Shown here: positions 47,356 through 57,284 of the stretch, piece by piece
How positions within the stretch are numbered: the first letter of the stretch is position 1
Layout: every line of letters begins with the position of its first letter
NCBI GenBank assembly: GCA_048881705.1
Contig: JBHLSH010000010.1
Location: forward strand, 1 to 64,000
Origin: Candidatus Heimdallarchaeota archaeon
GTDB taxonomy: Archaea > Asgardarchaeota > Heimdallarchaeia > Hodarchaeales > Hodarchaeaceae
Reading direction: 5' to 3'
DNA length: 64,000 nucleotides
Position numbers and translations under genes: made by a program
The notes under the pieces: generated by a model
Seen by the model: only the letters and a program-made list of their open reading frames with translations
Told to the model about the DNA's origin: nothing
Database searches by the model: none

Positions 47356-49071
47356 TTATTCATATGTGAAGATCGGGGGGAGGGAAAGCGGTTCAAAAAC
47401 GGATAGATCGAGTTCAAAGGCAACTGTAGGTACAAATATTTGCCAATTCTCTAGGAGATCTGGTGAAATCTCACCAATTATCCCCGTTTGCTGTCCATCT
47501 ATCATGATCTTGGCAGCTCTACCAGGTAAAAATTCCAAGTTGCTAGCAGATATTAGTGAATATGTTACTCCCATACGAGTCATAAACGTGTCCAATATAC
47601 TATGGCAGTCTTCAAAAGACATTTCTGCTCCTGCAAGGGCAACGCCTGCTTTTGTTCTCGTTTCGATCCCGTCCTTATCACGCGTTACCGTTTCACCAAC
47701 TTCGAACAGCTGTTGTGGATATTCGACATGAGTATTTCGTGATAGGAAGCTGAGCAAGCCTGGAAGGAGTCTATTTCGGATTATGGAATATGTTTGACTT
47801 ACGGGATTTGCCACCTCAATGCATTTGCTTAGAACAGATTCCTCCTGACCCATTTTTGTAGAGAGGTAGTCAGGAGAAGTTAAAGTAAAACTTAAGATTT
47901 CTTGGAGTGCACAACAACTAAGAATTTCTCGTACGTAATTCTCACCTGAGCTCCGGGGTGATATTCTCCCAATTGTAGCAAAGCTCAGATCTTTGGGCGG
48001 TATTTGCATATATCCGTATGAGATCGCAACCTCTTCTGCTATATCAACCCAATGCAAAATATCTACTCTGTATGGAGGATATTTAACGACCAATGATTTG
48101 CCTCGTTCTGTGACCTCAAGGCGACGTTTTCCGAGAAGGGCTTTAATATCCTTTTTCTTGAGATTCAACCCTAGATACTTGGCTATTTCTTTTGGATTTA
48201 CCTCAATCTCAAAGGGAACAGTTGGTGGGGATATCAAAACCTCGGGAGCTTCGCCATGGTTCCGAGGATACTTGATTTCAACACTATAAACCTCACCGCC
48301 ACGGTCTCTTAGTGCTTGAGTTACTATATTGGTCACAGTCTGAACGACTTCAAGATTTGTTCCTGTAACCTCGATTAAAACATCCGAAGTTTCCTCATTT
48401 ACCCGACCAACATCATTACTGTTAATAATGGGTGGTAAGGACAATATCACACCATTGGCGCCTCGAAGGATCGGTAAATCACCTTCTTCAGGTAGAATAT
48501 GGCCGTATTCAATACCCTTTTCGTGATTGAGCAGGATTTCGGAAAGGTTCATCTCGTCATGATAGCCAAGGGGAACAAAGGAAGTTGTGCGGGGTGTAAG
48601 CCCGTAAAAAATGGGACTCTCTACTAGATTTATGTTATAGATTCCAATAGATGATTTACTGCGTTTACGGCCAAAGGAAAAGTCTATCTTTTCCTGGAGC
48701 TGGATGATTTGTTTGATCAAAAAGTCGGTAAATGTAATACCACGTACAATTGAGCAGGCGATATAGGGGCGTACTTTTTTGATCGATGGATCGACCTCCA
48801 AAACAAACCCACTTGGCTTTGTAGTTAGATCTGGAAGGCCTTCTTCCAACCCTAAGATACCCATGAGTTCTCGAGTAAGACCCTCAACACCCCATAGATC
48901 TGGACGGTTGGAAGTTTTGCAGTCAACTTTAATATAATCGTCAGAAAGATCGTACTCCTCTATCTCACATTTAGAATAACTAAAAAGCGTATCCAGTTCC
49001 TCTATTGGAGTGGTTTCGGATAGCTTGAGCATTGACACCACATCGCTATATGCAATTTTAAAGGAAACCAT
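47356..49071 (-). CDS. pheT: Phenylalanine-tRNA ligase beta subunit (archaeal type)
   Basis: SNRPDLWGVEG, QLQEKI, LSLPPIINS, YRVDILHWVDIAEEVAI, FEVGE. Confidence 0.95.
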   Translation of the reverse strand: MVSFKIAYSDVVSMLKLSETTPIEELDTLFSYSKCEIEEYDLSDDYIKVDCKTSNRPDLWGVEGLTRELMGILGLEEGLPDLTTKPSGFVLEVDPSIKKVRPYIACSIVRGITFTDFLIKQIIQLQEKIDFSFGRKRSKSSIGIYNINLVESPIFYGLTPRTTSFVPLGYHDEMNLSEILLNHEKGIEYGHILPEEGDLPILRGANGVILSLPPIINSNDVGRVNEETSDVLIEVTGTNLEVVQTVTNIVTQALRDRGGEVYSVEIKYPRNHGEAPEVLISPPTVPFEIEVNPKEIAKYLGLNLKKKDIKALLGKRRLEVTERGKSLVVKYPPYRVDILHWVDIAEEVAISYGYMQIPPKDLSFATIGRISPRSSGENYVREILSCCALQEILSFTLTSPDYLSTKMGQEESVLSKCIEVANPVSQTYSIIRNRLLPGLLSFLSRNTHVEYPQQLFEVGETVTRDKDGIETRTKAGVALAGAEMSFEDCHSILDTFMTRMGVTYSLISASNLEFLPGRAAKIMIDGQQTGIIGEISPDLLENWQIFVPTVAFELDLSVFEPLSLPPIFTYE

Positions 49072-49083
49072 CTTACCTACCTT

Positions 49084-50580
49084 CTACGTAATTGGTACGG
49101 TGCGAAGCCATTGTAGATTTTGGGAGAATAGTTCACGAATGTCATTAATTTCTTTTTTTACCATAAAAAGCCGATCGACTCCCAAACCCCAGGCAATGAC
49201 CGGATCATTAATTCCAAATGGGGCAGTTACCTCAGGACGAAAAATCCCGGCACCACCAAATTCGATGTATCCTAATGTTGGATGTTTAGCACTCAGTTCA
49301 ACGGAGGGAGACGTAAATGGGTAAAAATCTGGTTTAAATCGAACCTCGGTGGCCCCACCTATTTCAATAGCAAATGTCTTTAGGAGCCCAAGCAGATCTC
49401 GAAATGAAATACTAGGATCACATGAGATTCCCTCAAGCTGATTGAATTCAGAGAGATGAGTTGCATCTACCGAATCAGGACGATAACATCTGGCAATACA
49501 AAAGTACTTTGAGGGTATTGGCATTTTATATAGGGTTCTTGCACTCACTGCAGTACCTTGTGGACGCAATACCAATCGTGCAGATTTCAAAGGATCCCAG
49601 CGATAACGCCAGCCTCGGGAACCGACTGGCGCTCCAGTTTCATGTGCCCGTTTTACGTTTTCTACGATCGAACTATCTTTAGGTAATCTGCCATGAGAAG
49701 GGGATTTAACGATGTATACATCAGACCATTCTCGTGCGGGATGATCCTGCGCTTGGAATAGAGCGTCGAAATTCCAAAATTCGGTTTCCACAGGCGGGCC
49801 ACGCATTTCCGTAAATCCAAGGCCTACCAATCTTATCTTTACTTCTTCTAGAAACGACAAATATGGGTGTTTACTACCTGTTTCAACGGATTTGGGTGCA
49901 GCAGACATGTTATAGCTCTTTAACGTCAGTTCACGCCATTTTCCTGATCGAATCAAATTAGGTGACAACCGAGTTATTCTAGCCTGAATCTCCAAATCTG
50001 CCAAAGATTCCTTACCTAAGGGGGTGAGGGCAAGAGAACTTTCCTGACGCTCCTTTGCTTCTATAAATCGTCGTCGTACGAGTTCTTCAAAAAGTTCTGA
50101 AGAAACTGAGGAGGTTGGATTTTCTGCAATGGTATCAAGGACCTTTTCCAGTTCCGAATTTGCTCGTGCAGAAATATTCTCAGGAAAAACTAATCCCTTT
50201 TCAATTCTTACCATCCCCAATTTGCGAAGCTGGCCTATTCCAGCGTTTATTGCCCTTTTTGACATTTCAAGGGAATCAATGAGAGATTCAATTGAAATAC
50301 CAGAGGCGGATTCGGAAAGTTTTCCCAGAATTTGATTCTCAGGAAGCCCGTCTCTTTGAGTTTGCTCTCCCTCGGGGGTTAATCTTGCTTCAATTACAGT
50401 GGTAGCTTTTGTGGAAACTAATCTCCGTTTCTTCAGATGAGATGTCACAAATTCGATCTTCCCTCTTGACCACCCAATTTCAGAGGCCAGAGTGCTCATT
50501 GTGGTAGGGCCAATCTTCTCCAGATGTAGTAATATTTCCTTCATATCAGAAGTGACCGCGACTTTCTTTTTTGTCAACAT
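49084..50580 (-). CDS. pheS: Phenylalanine-tRNA ligase alpha subunit (archaeal/eukaryotic long type)
   Basis: LPENQ, FWNFDALFQAQDHPARE, CYRPDSVDATHLSEFNQLEG, GAGIFRPEV, AWGLGVDRL. Confidence 0.95.
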   Translation of the reverse strand: MLTKKKVAVTSDMKEILLHLEKIGPTTMSTLASEIGWSRGKIEFVTSHLKKRRLVSTKATTVIEARLTPEGEQTQRDGLPENQILGKLSESASGISIESLIDSLEMSKRAINAGIGQLRKLGMVRIEKGLVFPENISARANSELEKVLDTIAENPTSSVSSELFEELVRRRFIEAKERQESSLALTPLGKESLADLEIQARITRLSPNLIRSGKWRELTLKSYNMSAAPKSVETGSKHPYLSFLEEVKIRLVGLGFTEMRGPPVETEFWNFDALFQAQDHPAREWSDVYIVKSPSHGRLPKDSSIVENVKRAHETGAPVGSRGWRYRWDPLKSARLVLRPQGTAVSARTLYKMPIPSKYFCIARCYRPDSVDATHLSEFNQLEGISCDPSISFRDLLGLLKTFAIEIGGATEVRFKPDFYPFTSPSVELSAKHPTLGYIEFGGAGIFRPEVTAPFGINDPVIAWGLGVDRLFMVKKEINDIRELFSQNLQWLRTVPIT

Positions 50581-50634
50581 ACGACTCTCCTGGAGCTACC
50601 ATGACGGTCTTCCGGATATTCACGGCTCTCCCAA

Positions 50635-50647
50635 GATATATTTAAAA
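50635..50647 (-). promoter_or_regulatory. Candidate TATA box of the pheS-pheT operon
   Basis: TTTTAAATATATC on the minus strand about 55 nt upstream of the pheS ATG. Confidence 0.45.
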
Positions 50648-50908
50648 CAGATTGGGGCCCCTTACTCCTAGTAGGGATTTTTTTTGGATTCACCTTGGAG
50701 AGGTAAATAGAATTAACGTTTATGGGCCCATTTGTTAAAATTCCAAGGCATCTACCTCATTTTACAACCCACTTCTCGATATTTTTATTTTTTTTTTTTT
50801 ATGCCCTTGATAGTTCCAGCCTGGACTGGTTTCATGGCCCAGAACGATTTTTCAAGAGATTGTTCAAAAATCTGGTGCGCCAAAAAGGGGCTCTGAAATC
50901 GGGGATAA

Positions 50909-51325
50909 CTATTCCGTGTCTGGAATCCAGGTCTCATGAAGGTGGATCCATTCAACTCCATTTGCCAAATTTGGATTTATATGAAAAAGCGCCGTACTGA
51001 TACGTCCAGGGTGTATCCTATTGCTATCGTGCCATTCCTCATACATTGCAATGAAAAAGCTCGAAGAAATCGGCTGTATCGTAATATTTTCAATCCTTAT
51101 CTGAAATGGAGTAGTATCTTTCTTATGCGATCCATAAGCAGAGTATATGTGATCAATAACTTGTTTTCGTGAGTTTATCTGGCCATTCGGAGACAGGAGA
51201 ACAAAATCGTCTGCAATAGCTTCCTCTAGGCGAGAAAATCCTACCTTACTTCGAGGGATTTGGCCATTATACCATTTTACAAAAAAATCATGAAGTTCAC
51301 GTATTTCTCGAGCTATGGGATCCAT
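50909..51325 (-). CDS. DUF4440 / NTF2-like (SnoaL-like) protein
   Basis: ELHDFFVKW, ADDFVLLSPNG, MYEEWH, WIHLHET. Confidence 0.75.
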   Translation of the reverse strand: MDPIAREIRELHDFFVKWYNGQIPRSKVGFSRLEEAIADDFVLLSPNGQINSRKQVIDHIYSAYGSHKKDTTPFQIRIENITIQPISSSFFIAMYEEWHDSNRIHPGRISTALFHINPNLANGVEWIHLHETWIPDTE

Positions 51326-51459
51326 AACTCACCATACCACCTATATGTCAACTTGATTAACTTTTCACGCCCGATTTTAGGTGTTGAATCGGTGGCAAAT
51401 AAATAAATCGTTTTGTGGTAAGTAGGCCCAATAAAACACACCTCCGTTGCGGATAATCC

Positions 51460-52392
51460 TTGTCCAATAAGGGTCAAAAAAAAGAACGAAAACGAACTAA
51501 GACAAGTTCATTTGGGACTTCTGGTCGTGAGGGTCACGATTCTTCCGCGTTTTATAATAAGCAATTGTATTCTGGAATAAAAACAGAGGAACCTGGTCCG
51601 TACCGCGAAACGCGACTTGATTCAGATCTGCTTGACAAGATATACTGTCAATCAGCTGAAAAGATGCACCAACTTCCCAACAACAGCATTCATCTCACAG
51701 TTACTAGCCCCCCTTACTCAGTCGGCAAGGATTATGATCAAGATCTCTCTCTGTCCGACTATCTCTCATTCTTAAAGACTGTGTTCAAGGAAGTTCACAG
51801 ATCATTAGTTTCAGGAGGTAGGGCCTGCATTAATATCGCTAACCTGGGACGCAAGCCCTATATCCCCCTCCATACGTACATAATCGATATCCTAGAGGAT
51901 CTTGGCTTCTTAATGCGCGGAGAAATCATTTGGGATAAATCTGCCAGCGCTGGTACCTCTACCGCCTGGGGTAGCTGGCAATCTCCGAGTAATCCTACTC
52001 TTCGTGATGTCCACGAATACATACTGATTTTTTCAAAGGGTAAATTCAAACGGGGAAGGACAGATAACAAAAAAAGCACGATTTCACGAAATGAGTTCCT
52101 CACATATACTAAAAGTGTATGGACCTTTCCTACGGAATCTGCCAAACGTATAGGTCATCCTGCTCCATTTCCATTAGAACTCCCGTATCGCTGTATCCAA
52201 TTATATTCTTATTCAAATGATATCGTTTTAGATCCATTCATGGGAAGTGGGCAGACTGCGCTTGCTGCATTAAAAACAGGGCGCCGTTTCGTAGGTTTTG
52301 ATACTAGTGAGGAATATTGTGCGCTCGCCAATCATCGTATCTCACTATACCGACGAGAACTGACAAGGCTAAAGCTAACGGAATTCCTGTAA
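51460..52392 (+). CDS. Orphan amino-DNA methyltransferase (beta class, SPPY, probably N4-cytosine)
   Basis: VTSPPY motif IV precedes VLDPFMGSGQT motif I; HPAPFP. Confidence 0.88.
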   Translation: MSNKGQKKERKRTKTSSFGTSGREGHDSSAFYNKQLYSGIKTEEPGPYRETRLDSDLLDKIYCQSAEKMHQLPNNSIHLTVTSPPYSVGKDYDQDLSLSDYLSFLKTVFKEVHRSLVSGGRACINIANLGRKPYIPLHTYIIDILEDLGFLMRGEIIWDKSASAGTSTAWGSWQSPSNPTLRDVHEYILIFSKGKFKRGRTDNKKSTISRNEFLTYTKSVWTFPTESAKRIGHPAPFPLELPYRCIQLYSYSNDIVLDPFMGSGQTALAALKTGRRFVGFDTSEEYCALANHRISLYRRELTRLKLTEFL

Positions 52393-52578
52393 ATACTGTA
52401 AACGACGTAATATTGCTTTCCCATCCGGACCTTCTTGAAATGATAGATATTGGCTAGAAATATGCACGAGAAATTTAGAAATTCCCTAGTTAACAGGATA
52501 GTTTGGTTTCCTACTCCGAAATGAATTATTCGCTCTTAGGGAATTCATTCTTAGTTTCATTCGTCTTCATTCATCTAT

Positions 52579-53754
52579 TTGGATAATTTTTTTAGGATCG
52601 GTATCGGGGAGAGATTAAACTATTTCCCGCAATTATTCATCTTGAACTTATTTGGATCGTGGTCTGTAATGCGAACTGAGCCACATGGTGAGAGGACGAG
52701 CGTTGAGGACTTTATGGGCCTTTGGGTTGTCGAAAAGAACTCAGGAATACCCATCTGTTCGGTAAACCTTGAAGATACAATGAAGATTGATGAGGTTCTC
52801 TTTGGTGGTTTTCTCGCAGCGTTACGAGGTATGTCCACTGACTTGCAGATAGGTGAGTTAGATTCCTTTCAGACTAAGAGTTCTACACTATTGATGGCCG
52901 GATCCGGAGCGGTTTTTTCTGTACTTGCAATCACCAAGAATGTAAATTCGGAAGCATGGTATAGTACACTTCTGAAAGTTCAAGAAGCAGTAGAACACTC
53001 GTACACAGATTATAGAAAGGAAGATCTAATTATTGATACAACAATATTCGATCAATTAAAACCCCAATTGAAGAATATCATTTTGGCCCAAATAGAAAGT
53101 AACTCAGAGCAGTTTGAGAGTTCCACCAGTATTAAAGCTCGTACTCGAAGATCATTCGATAAAAATTTTGAAACTGGGGATTTAGATTTCTTATTTCAAT
53201 ACTTTCCTGACCATTTGGGACAGATAATCTACACTCTGCTCCTTGAGGAACCAGTAGTCCTTTATGGCCAGATTAAGGAGATCCTTCATAAAGTTACAGA
53301 GTCCATTGCTCTTCTGGTACCACATAGGTCACTGAAACGTGATTACGCGACGAATTTTATGGAGCCTAAAGATAAGGATCTAATTATCTGCTCCTCTCAG
53401 GTTGATTTTCTAAAGCTGTATGAAAAAACCGATATTACACGGGTTAATGTCGACAATAGAAAAATCTTCTCCCATTTCAAGAACACACCAAGCGTAGATA
53501 ATCTAATTCACACATTACAAATAGCTCCCGAGGAAACTCAGGAAACCGTCTTGCATGGTTATATTGGACGGCTAATGACAAAGTCAGGAGATCTCATTCG
53601 CCTGGTTCAAAATGATACCGTCTCAAAAGAGGAAATACAAGCATTTCGCGGAGATCTCAAGGCGGATGAACTCAACGTTATCCTTTCTAAGGTTAGAAAA
53701 GCAGCACCTCAGCACAAGGATAAACTGTTCCATTTTGCAAGGTCAATAAGTTAA
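52579..53754 (+). CDS. Longin plus DENN-core-like protein (real start probably near 52669-52714)
   Basis: LWVVEKNSGIPI...LFGGFLAALRGMS longin pattern; IIYTLLLEEPVVLYG...SIALLVP...RVNVDNRKI resembles the cDENN core. Confidence 0.6.
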   Translation: MDNFFRIGIGERLNYFPQLFILNLFGSWSVMRTEPHGERTSVEDFMGLWVVEKNSGIPICSVNLEDTMKIDEVLFGGFLAALRGMSTDLQIGELDSFQTKSSTLLMAGSGAVFSVLAITKNVNSEAWYSTLLKVQEAVEHSYTDYRKEDLIIDTTIFDQLKPQLKNIILAQIESNSEQFESSTSIKARTRRSFDKNFETGDLDFLFQYFPDHLGQIIYTLLLEEPVVLYGQIKEILHKVTESIALLVPHRSLKRDYATNFMEPKDKDLIICSSQVDFLKLYEKTDITRVNVDNRKIFSHFKNTPSVDNLIHTLQIAPEETQETVLHGYIGRLMTKSGDLIRLVQNDTVSKEEIQAFRGDLKADELNVILSKVRKAAPQHKDKLFHFARSIS

Positions 53755-53781
53755 ATACATCCTAAAACCGTCTTCTTGGGT

Positions 53782-55554
53782 TCATAAAAACGAACCAAAA
53801 GGGAATTGGGCGGCCAGCATCCAAGAGAGCAAAAGCGTATTGAGAAGAGCTCCTCCTCCGATTCGTCCAGTAACTCGGTAACCCCACCATGAAATGAGTG
53901 TAGTGGTAGCAAACAATGGCAACATGATCCAAAAGAACTGAAAAAGCAAGGGACTTAATCCCCAACTAATGGGCAGAACATTAAAGAGGAATTTAGGAAG
54001 GTATTGAAAGGCCAGCACAACTAATATTGGTAGGGTTCTTATAACCAGTAATCGAATCGCGCCCATGCAACTTTCAGTTATTTCTTTATCGACCTCGCCA
54101 TGAGAGGAGAGTTCAAGGAATAAAATACCTTCAAAAGTGAAATATGTTAGGAGAAATGGGATAAAAAGAATGAACATCACCAAACGGGACGGAGGGAATA
54201 GATCGTTAAAAATCGGGACTATAAAGTGAAGGTCAAGAGCTGTCCATGCCTCCAGAAATAGGAGTAGAAAATAAAATGTCGCAAAATATCCCAAGACCAG
54301 CAGGAGGGTATATTTAGATATAAACTCAGATTCAGGATGAGAAAAAAAATGCCCTAGGTCTATATTGGCCGTAATTAGGGATAACCTATTTAAAATCTTG
54401 ATACTCACTAACCCCGTTAAACCGACTGCTAGCAGCCACCACGCGGTCGAGGCTCCAAATATGAGAGGAGGAATATTGATAATGAATCCAATTATTGTCA
54501 TGGGGATGAATAGAATGATGGTTAACCCACCATAGGTTAACCCAGACACCAAAAATCCTATTTTGCCATTAAAGCTCTTCTTTGGATTATGGGTCGATGG
54601 TCTAGTATTCCTCAAGGCCTCAGATCCATAAAGGATGGTGGACAAAGGTACAATTAGCGAGAGAAAGGAAATTGTAACAGCTAGTAAGCTCAGTTCTCGA
54701 ACAAGAAATATTTGGTTGTTGTAAGGGATAATAGCATTTCGACCTCCCCATAGGGATGCGTCCATCCTCGACAAAATCTCCGAAACTATAATGGGATCTA
54801 CCGGCTCCAGTAGATGAATTGTATCAGAAATCACGAGTTTACGGGCATTCTGATTATGAAAATTACCATAAACAGAATTCGCTATGACGGGAGTGTCAGT
54901 TCCAAATACTGGCATCAGAGCTACTCTCAATTCATTTAAATCACTAAAGAGCTCATCATATCTACCAACGGTAAATAGGAAATTCCGAGGAAAGGTCGTG
55001 TTTACAATCCCATAAACGGATTCATTCCGTGTCCAGCTAAATCCACTGCCCAAAGTAGCTACTGCTGATATATTCTTATGCGCGAAGGCCGTTGCTCGAA
55101 CGGCGACTCCCCCCAATGAATGTCCGACCAATCCAAGGCTTGACCCGTTTATATACGGTTGTAGTTCAAGGTATCTAACGGCAGAAAGAGTTCCTAAGGT
55201 CGGATCACCAGATGATAGAGTACCCTCTGAATTTCCATGCCCTTCTAGGTCTATCGCGAGAGCAACAAACCCTCGTCGTGCTAGTTCTAGAGCGATTCCG
55301 TTCATGAGCTGTTGACTACCAGAGATACCGTGAGCTAAGACTACTCCGGGTCTGACATCATCAATTGTAGCGGTAATTGGGCGGTAAATAACTCCGTTGA
55401 TGGCCACAGAACCATCTGAAATGCCCACTCGAGATATTTGAATGGAACCATACCCGCCATCTGTGATAAGAGCAAGAAAAATTCCAGAAACGAGCGTAAT
55501 AAGGAGAATTAACGCTACTAGGAACGATTTTCTTCGAGAATTGCGATCAGACAT
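53782..55554 (-). CDS. Membrane-anchored alpha/beta hydrolase with a multi-TM C-terminus
   Basis: VVLAHGISG, GLVGHSLGG, N-terminal TM helix, several C-terminal TM helices. Confidence 0.75.
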   Translation of the reverse strand: MSDRNSRRKSFLVALILLITLVSGIFLALITDGGYGSIQISRVGISDGSVAINGVIYRPITATIDDVRPGVVLAHGISGSQQLMNGIALELARRGFVALAIDLEGHGNSEGTLSSGDPTLGTLSAVRYLELQPYINGSSLGLVGHSLGGVAVRATAFAHKNISAVATLGSGFSWTRNESVYGIVNTTFPRNFLFTVGRYDELFSDLNELRVALMPVFGTDTPVIANSVYGNFHNQNARKLVISDTIHLLEPVDPIIVSEILSRMDASLWGGRNAIIPYNNQIFLVRELSLLAVTISFLSLIVPLSTILYGSEALRNTRPSTHNPKKSFNGKIGFLVSGLTYGGLTIILFIPMTIIGFIINIPPLIFGASTAWWLLAVGLTGLVSIKILNRLSLITANIDLGHFFSHPESEFISKYTLLLVLGYFATFYFLLLFLEAWTALDLHFIVPIFNDLFPPSRLVMFILFIPFLLTYFTFEGILFLELSSHGEVDKEITESCMGAIRLLVIRTLPILVVLAFQYLPKFLFNVLPISWGLSPLLFQFFWIMLPLFATTTLISWWGYRVTGRIGGGALLNTLLLSWMLAAQFPFGSFL

Positions 55555-55664
55555 AAATTGAACAACCCGTTAAATCATGGGTATTTATACGATCGGGAGT
55601 TCAAATCCTTTCATGAATTTACCAGTATTCAATATGCGACCGCTAATAAGGATACGATCCAAGT

Positions 55665-56387
55665 ATGAGCACTCCAGAAGTTCTATTTACCCAGTACGAT
55701 TTGGAGATTATTAGAAGGTTTCCGTGGACAAAATCCTTCATTGAATATCAATATAAATCGAGGTATCTAGTTAAAGAAGTTCCGAAAGAATCGGTTCTCC
55801 AAAGATTGTTGTCCATTGCGGCTTTTGAGAAAAACGATCGGATTCTGGCTGGTGGAATCTTGTACGATTTGCAAAACCATCTATATAGTACAGTCTATAC
55901 TTCTCCCATCACAGAGACAAGATACCCTTACATTCCTTCACTATTAAGCATTCGAAATAAAAAACCTTTAATCGAAGTTATAAAGCATTTCAAAGAGAAA
56001 TTTGATATTATATTGATTGAAGGGGCTGGGATTCAGCATCCTCGATTTTTTGGACTGGCATGTGAAATCGGGGTTGATTTAGATGTACCTACGTTTGGGG
56101 TAACCAAAAACAGTCTATGTGGAAAAACGGTTTGCGGCCAAACTGAAACAACGGATATCAAGGTGACTTCAAAACACGAAATATGTCCCGTTCGTTATTT
56201 GAATAGAGAAGTTGCGTATTTTGTAAGAAAAAGGGGTTTTGTCAAGGGGATATACGTTTCTATTGGCCATTTGGTCTCTATGTCAAGTATCCTTGCAATT
56301 ACGCTTTCATTACTTACCCATCGAATTCCAGAACCAATTAGATTGATTAAGGGGCAGTTAAGAAGTGTTATCAGAGAGGAAATGTAG
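55665..56387 (+). CDS. nfi: Endonuclease V homologue, apparently lacking its catalytic metal ligands
   Basis: YPYIPSLLSIR, EGAGIQHPR, GVTKNSLCG, YVSIGH, RIPEPIR. Confidence 0.8.
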   Translation: MSTPEVLFTQYDLEIIRRFPWTKSFIEYQYKSRYLVKEVPKESVLQRLLSIAAFEKNDRILAGGILYDLQNHLYSTVYTSPITETRYPYIPSLLSIRNKKPLIEVIKHFKEKFDIILIEGAGIQHPRFFGLACEIGVDLDVPTFGVTKNSLCGKTVCGQTETTDIKVTSKHEICPVRYLNREVAYFVRKRGFVKGIYVSIGHLVSMSSILAITLSLLTHRIPEPIRLIKGQLRSVIREEM

Positions 56388-56565
56388 TGGAGAGACCCCC
56401 CGATATTCCTTTCATGGGATGACCATATTTTGGATATCTATAGTTTTTCACTCGGATTGAAGGTGTCTTCCTTATTACAGGCGTATCATCAGTATTTAAT
56501 TTGCCAAGATTTAAATAAGATCAATTCTTCAAATACAATAGAGAAATCGCACGAAGTGGTTTGCC

Positions 56566-56787
56566 ATGGTGACATTTAGCTGTCCTGATTGTGTGGAAGG
56601 AGTATGTCATATGGTTCCGCATCTTCCGAATACATTCAAGTGTAAAACATGTGGATCGGAGTTTTTCTTTCCCCGAAAAGTTTTAAAACTCTTAAATATC
56701 GATAAATCAAAATTGCAGAAGCCTTTGCCGTTCACTAAAGACAGGATCTCTGGAGTAAAGGAAACATCATCGATCAAACCATCTTAG
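56566..56787 (+). CDS. Small zinc-ribbon protein
   Basis: CPDC...CKTC pairs; 73 aa; fills an otherwise empty gap. Confidence 0.55.
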   Translation: MVTFSCPDCVEGVCHMVPHLPNTFKCKTCGSEFFFPRKVLKLLNIDKSKLQKPLPFTKDRISGVKETSSIKPS

Positions 56788-56905
56788 TTATAAATTGAGT
56801 TTTTCTAGGTACTTTTGAATTCCTTCACGAGTAATCATGAAAAATTCAAGTAGGGGATACCTATACTTAAATTTCTCGTGATTGAATTTCATAGAGTGAA
56901 CTAAA

Positions 56906-57271
56906 ATGAGAAAAAGTATAGCAAAAGGGCCAACGGCTGGCCCCTACTCCCCAGGAATTATTGCCACTGGCCAGAAGTTTGTTTTTGTATCCGGTCAAAT
57001 CGGACAAGACCTAAAAGGTGATATTAAGTCTCAAACACATGAATCCCTTGCCAAAATACAGAAAGTTCTATCAGAAGCAGGTGCAAAAATGAAAGACATC
57101 GTTAAGACCACAGTGTATCTTGAAAACATTGGCGATTACACAGAAATGAACGATGTCTATAAGACATACTTCATTGATGTAGAACCACCCGCTAGGGCGG
57201 CTTTTCAAGTAGCGGCCTTGCCTCTTGGTGCTAAAATAGAGATTGAGGCTATTGCGATTTTGGATGAATAG
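56906..57271 (+). CDS. ridA: RidA/YjgF enamine-imine deaminase
   Basis: GPYSP, FVSGQIG, VKTTVYL, PPARAA, IEIEAIA. Confidence 0.88.
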   Translation: MRKSIAKGPTAGPYSPGIIATGQKFVFVSGQIGQDLKGDIKSQTHESLAKIQKVLSEAGAKMKDIVKTTVYLENIGDYTEMNDVYKTYFIDVEPPARAAFQVAALPLGAKIEIEAIAILDE

Positions 57272-57284
57272 AGGCATTGAATAA

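Noticed and set aside
50659-50800. Hairpin plus T8 (50659-50685) and a T13 run (50788-50800) on the plus strand upstream of pheS
   Set aside because: No plus-strand gene to terminate; ORF 50722..51000 is low-complexity and overlaps a real gene; most likely AT-rich promoter/spacer DNA.
55590-55612. GGGAGTTCAAATCCTT resembling a tRNA T-loop
   Set aside because: The T-stem does not pair, and no D-arm, anticodon arm or acceptor stem can be built.
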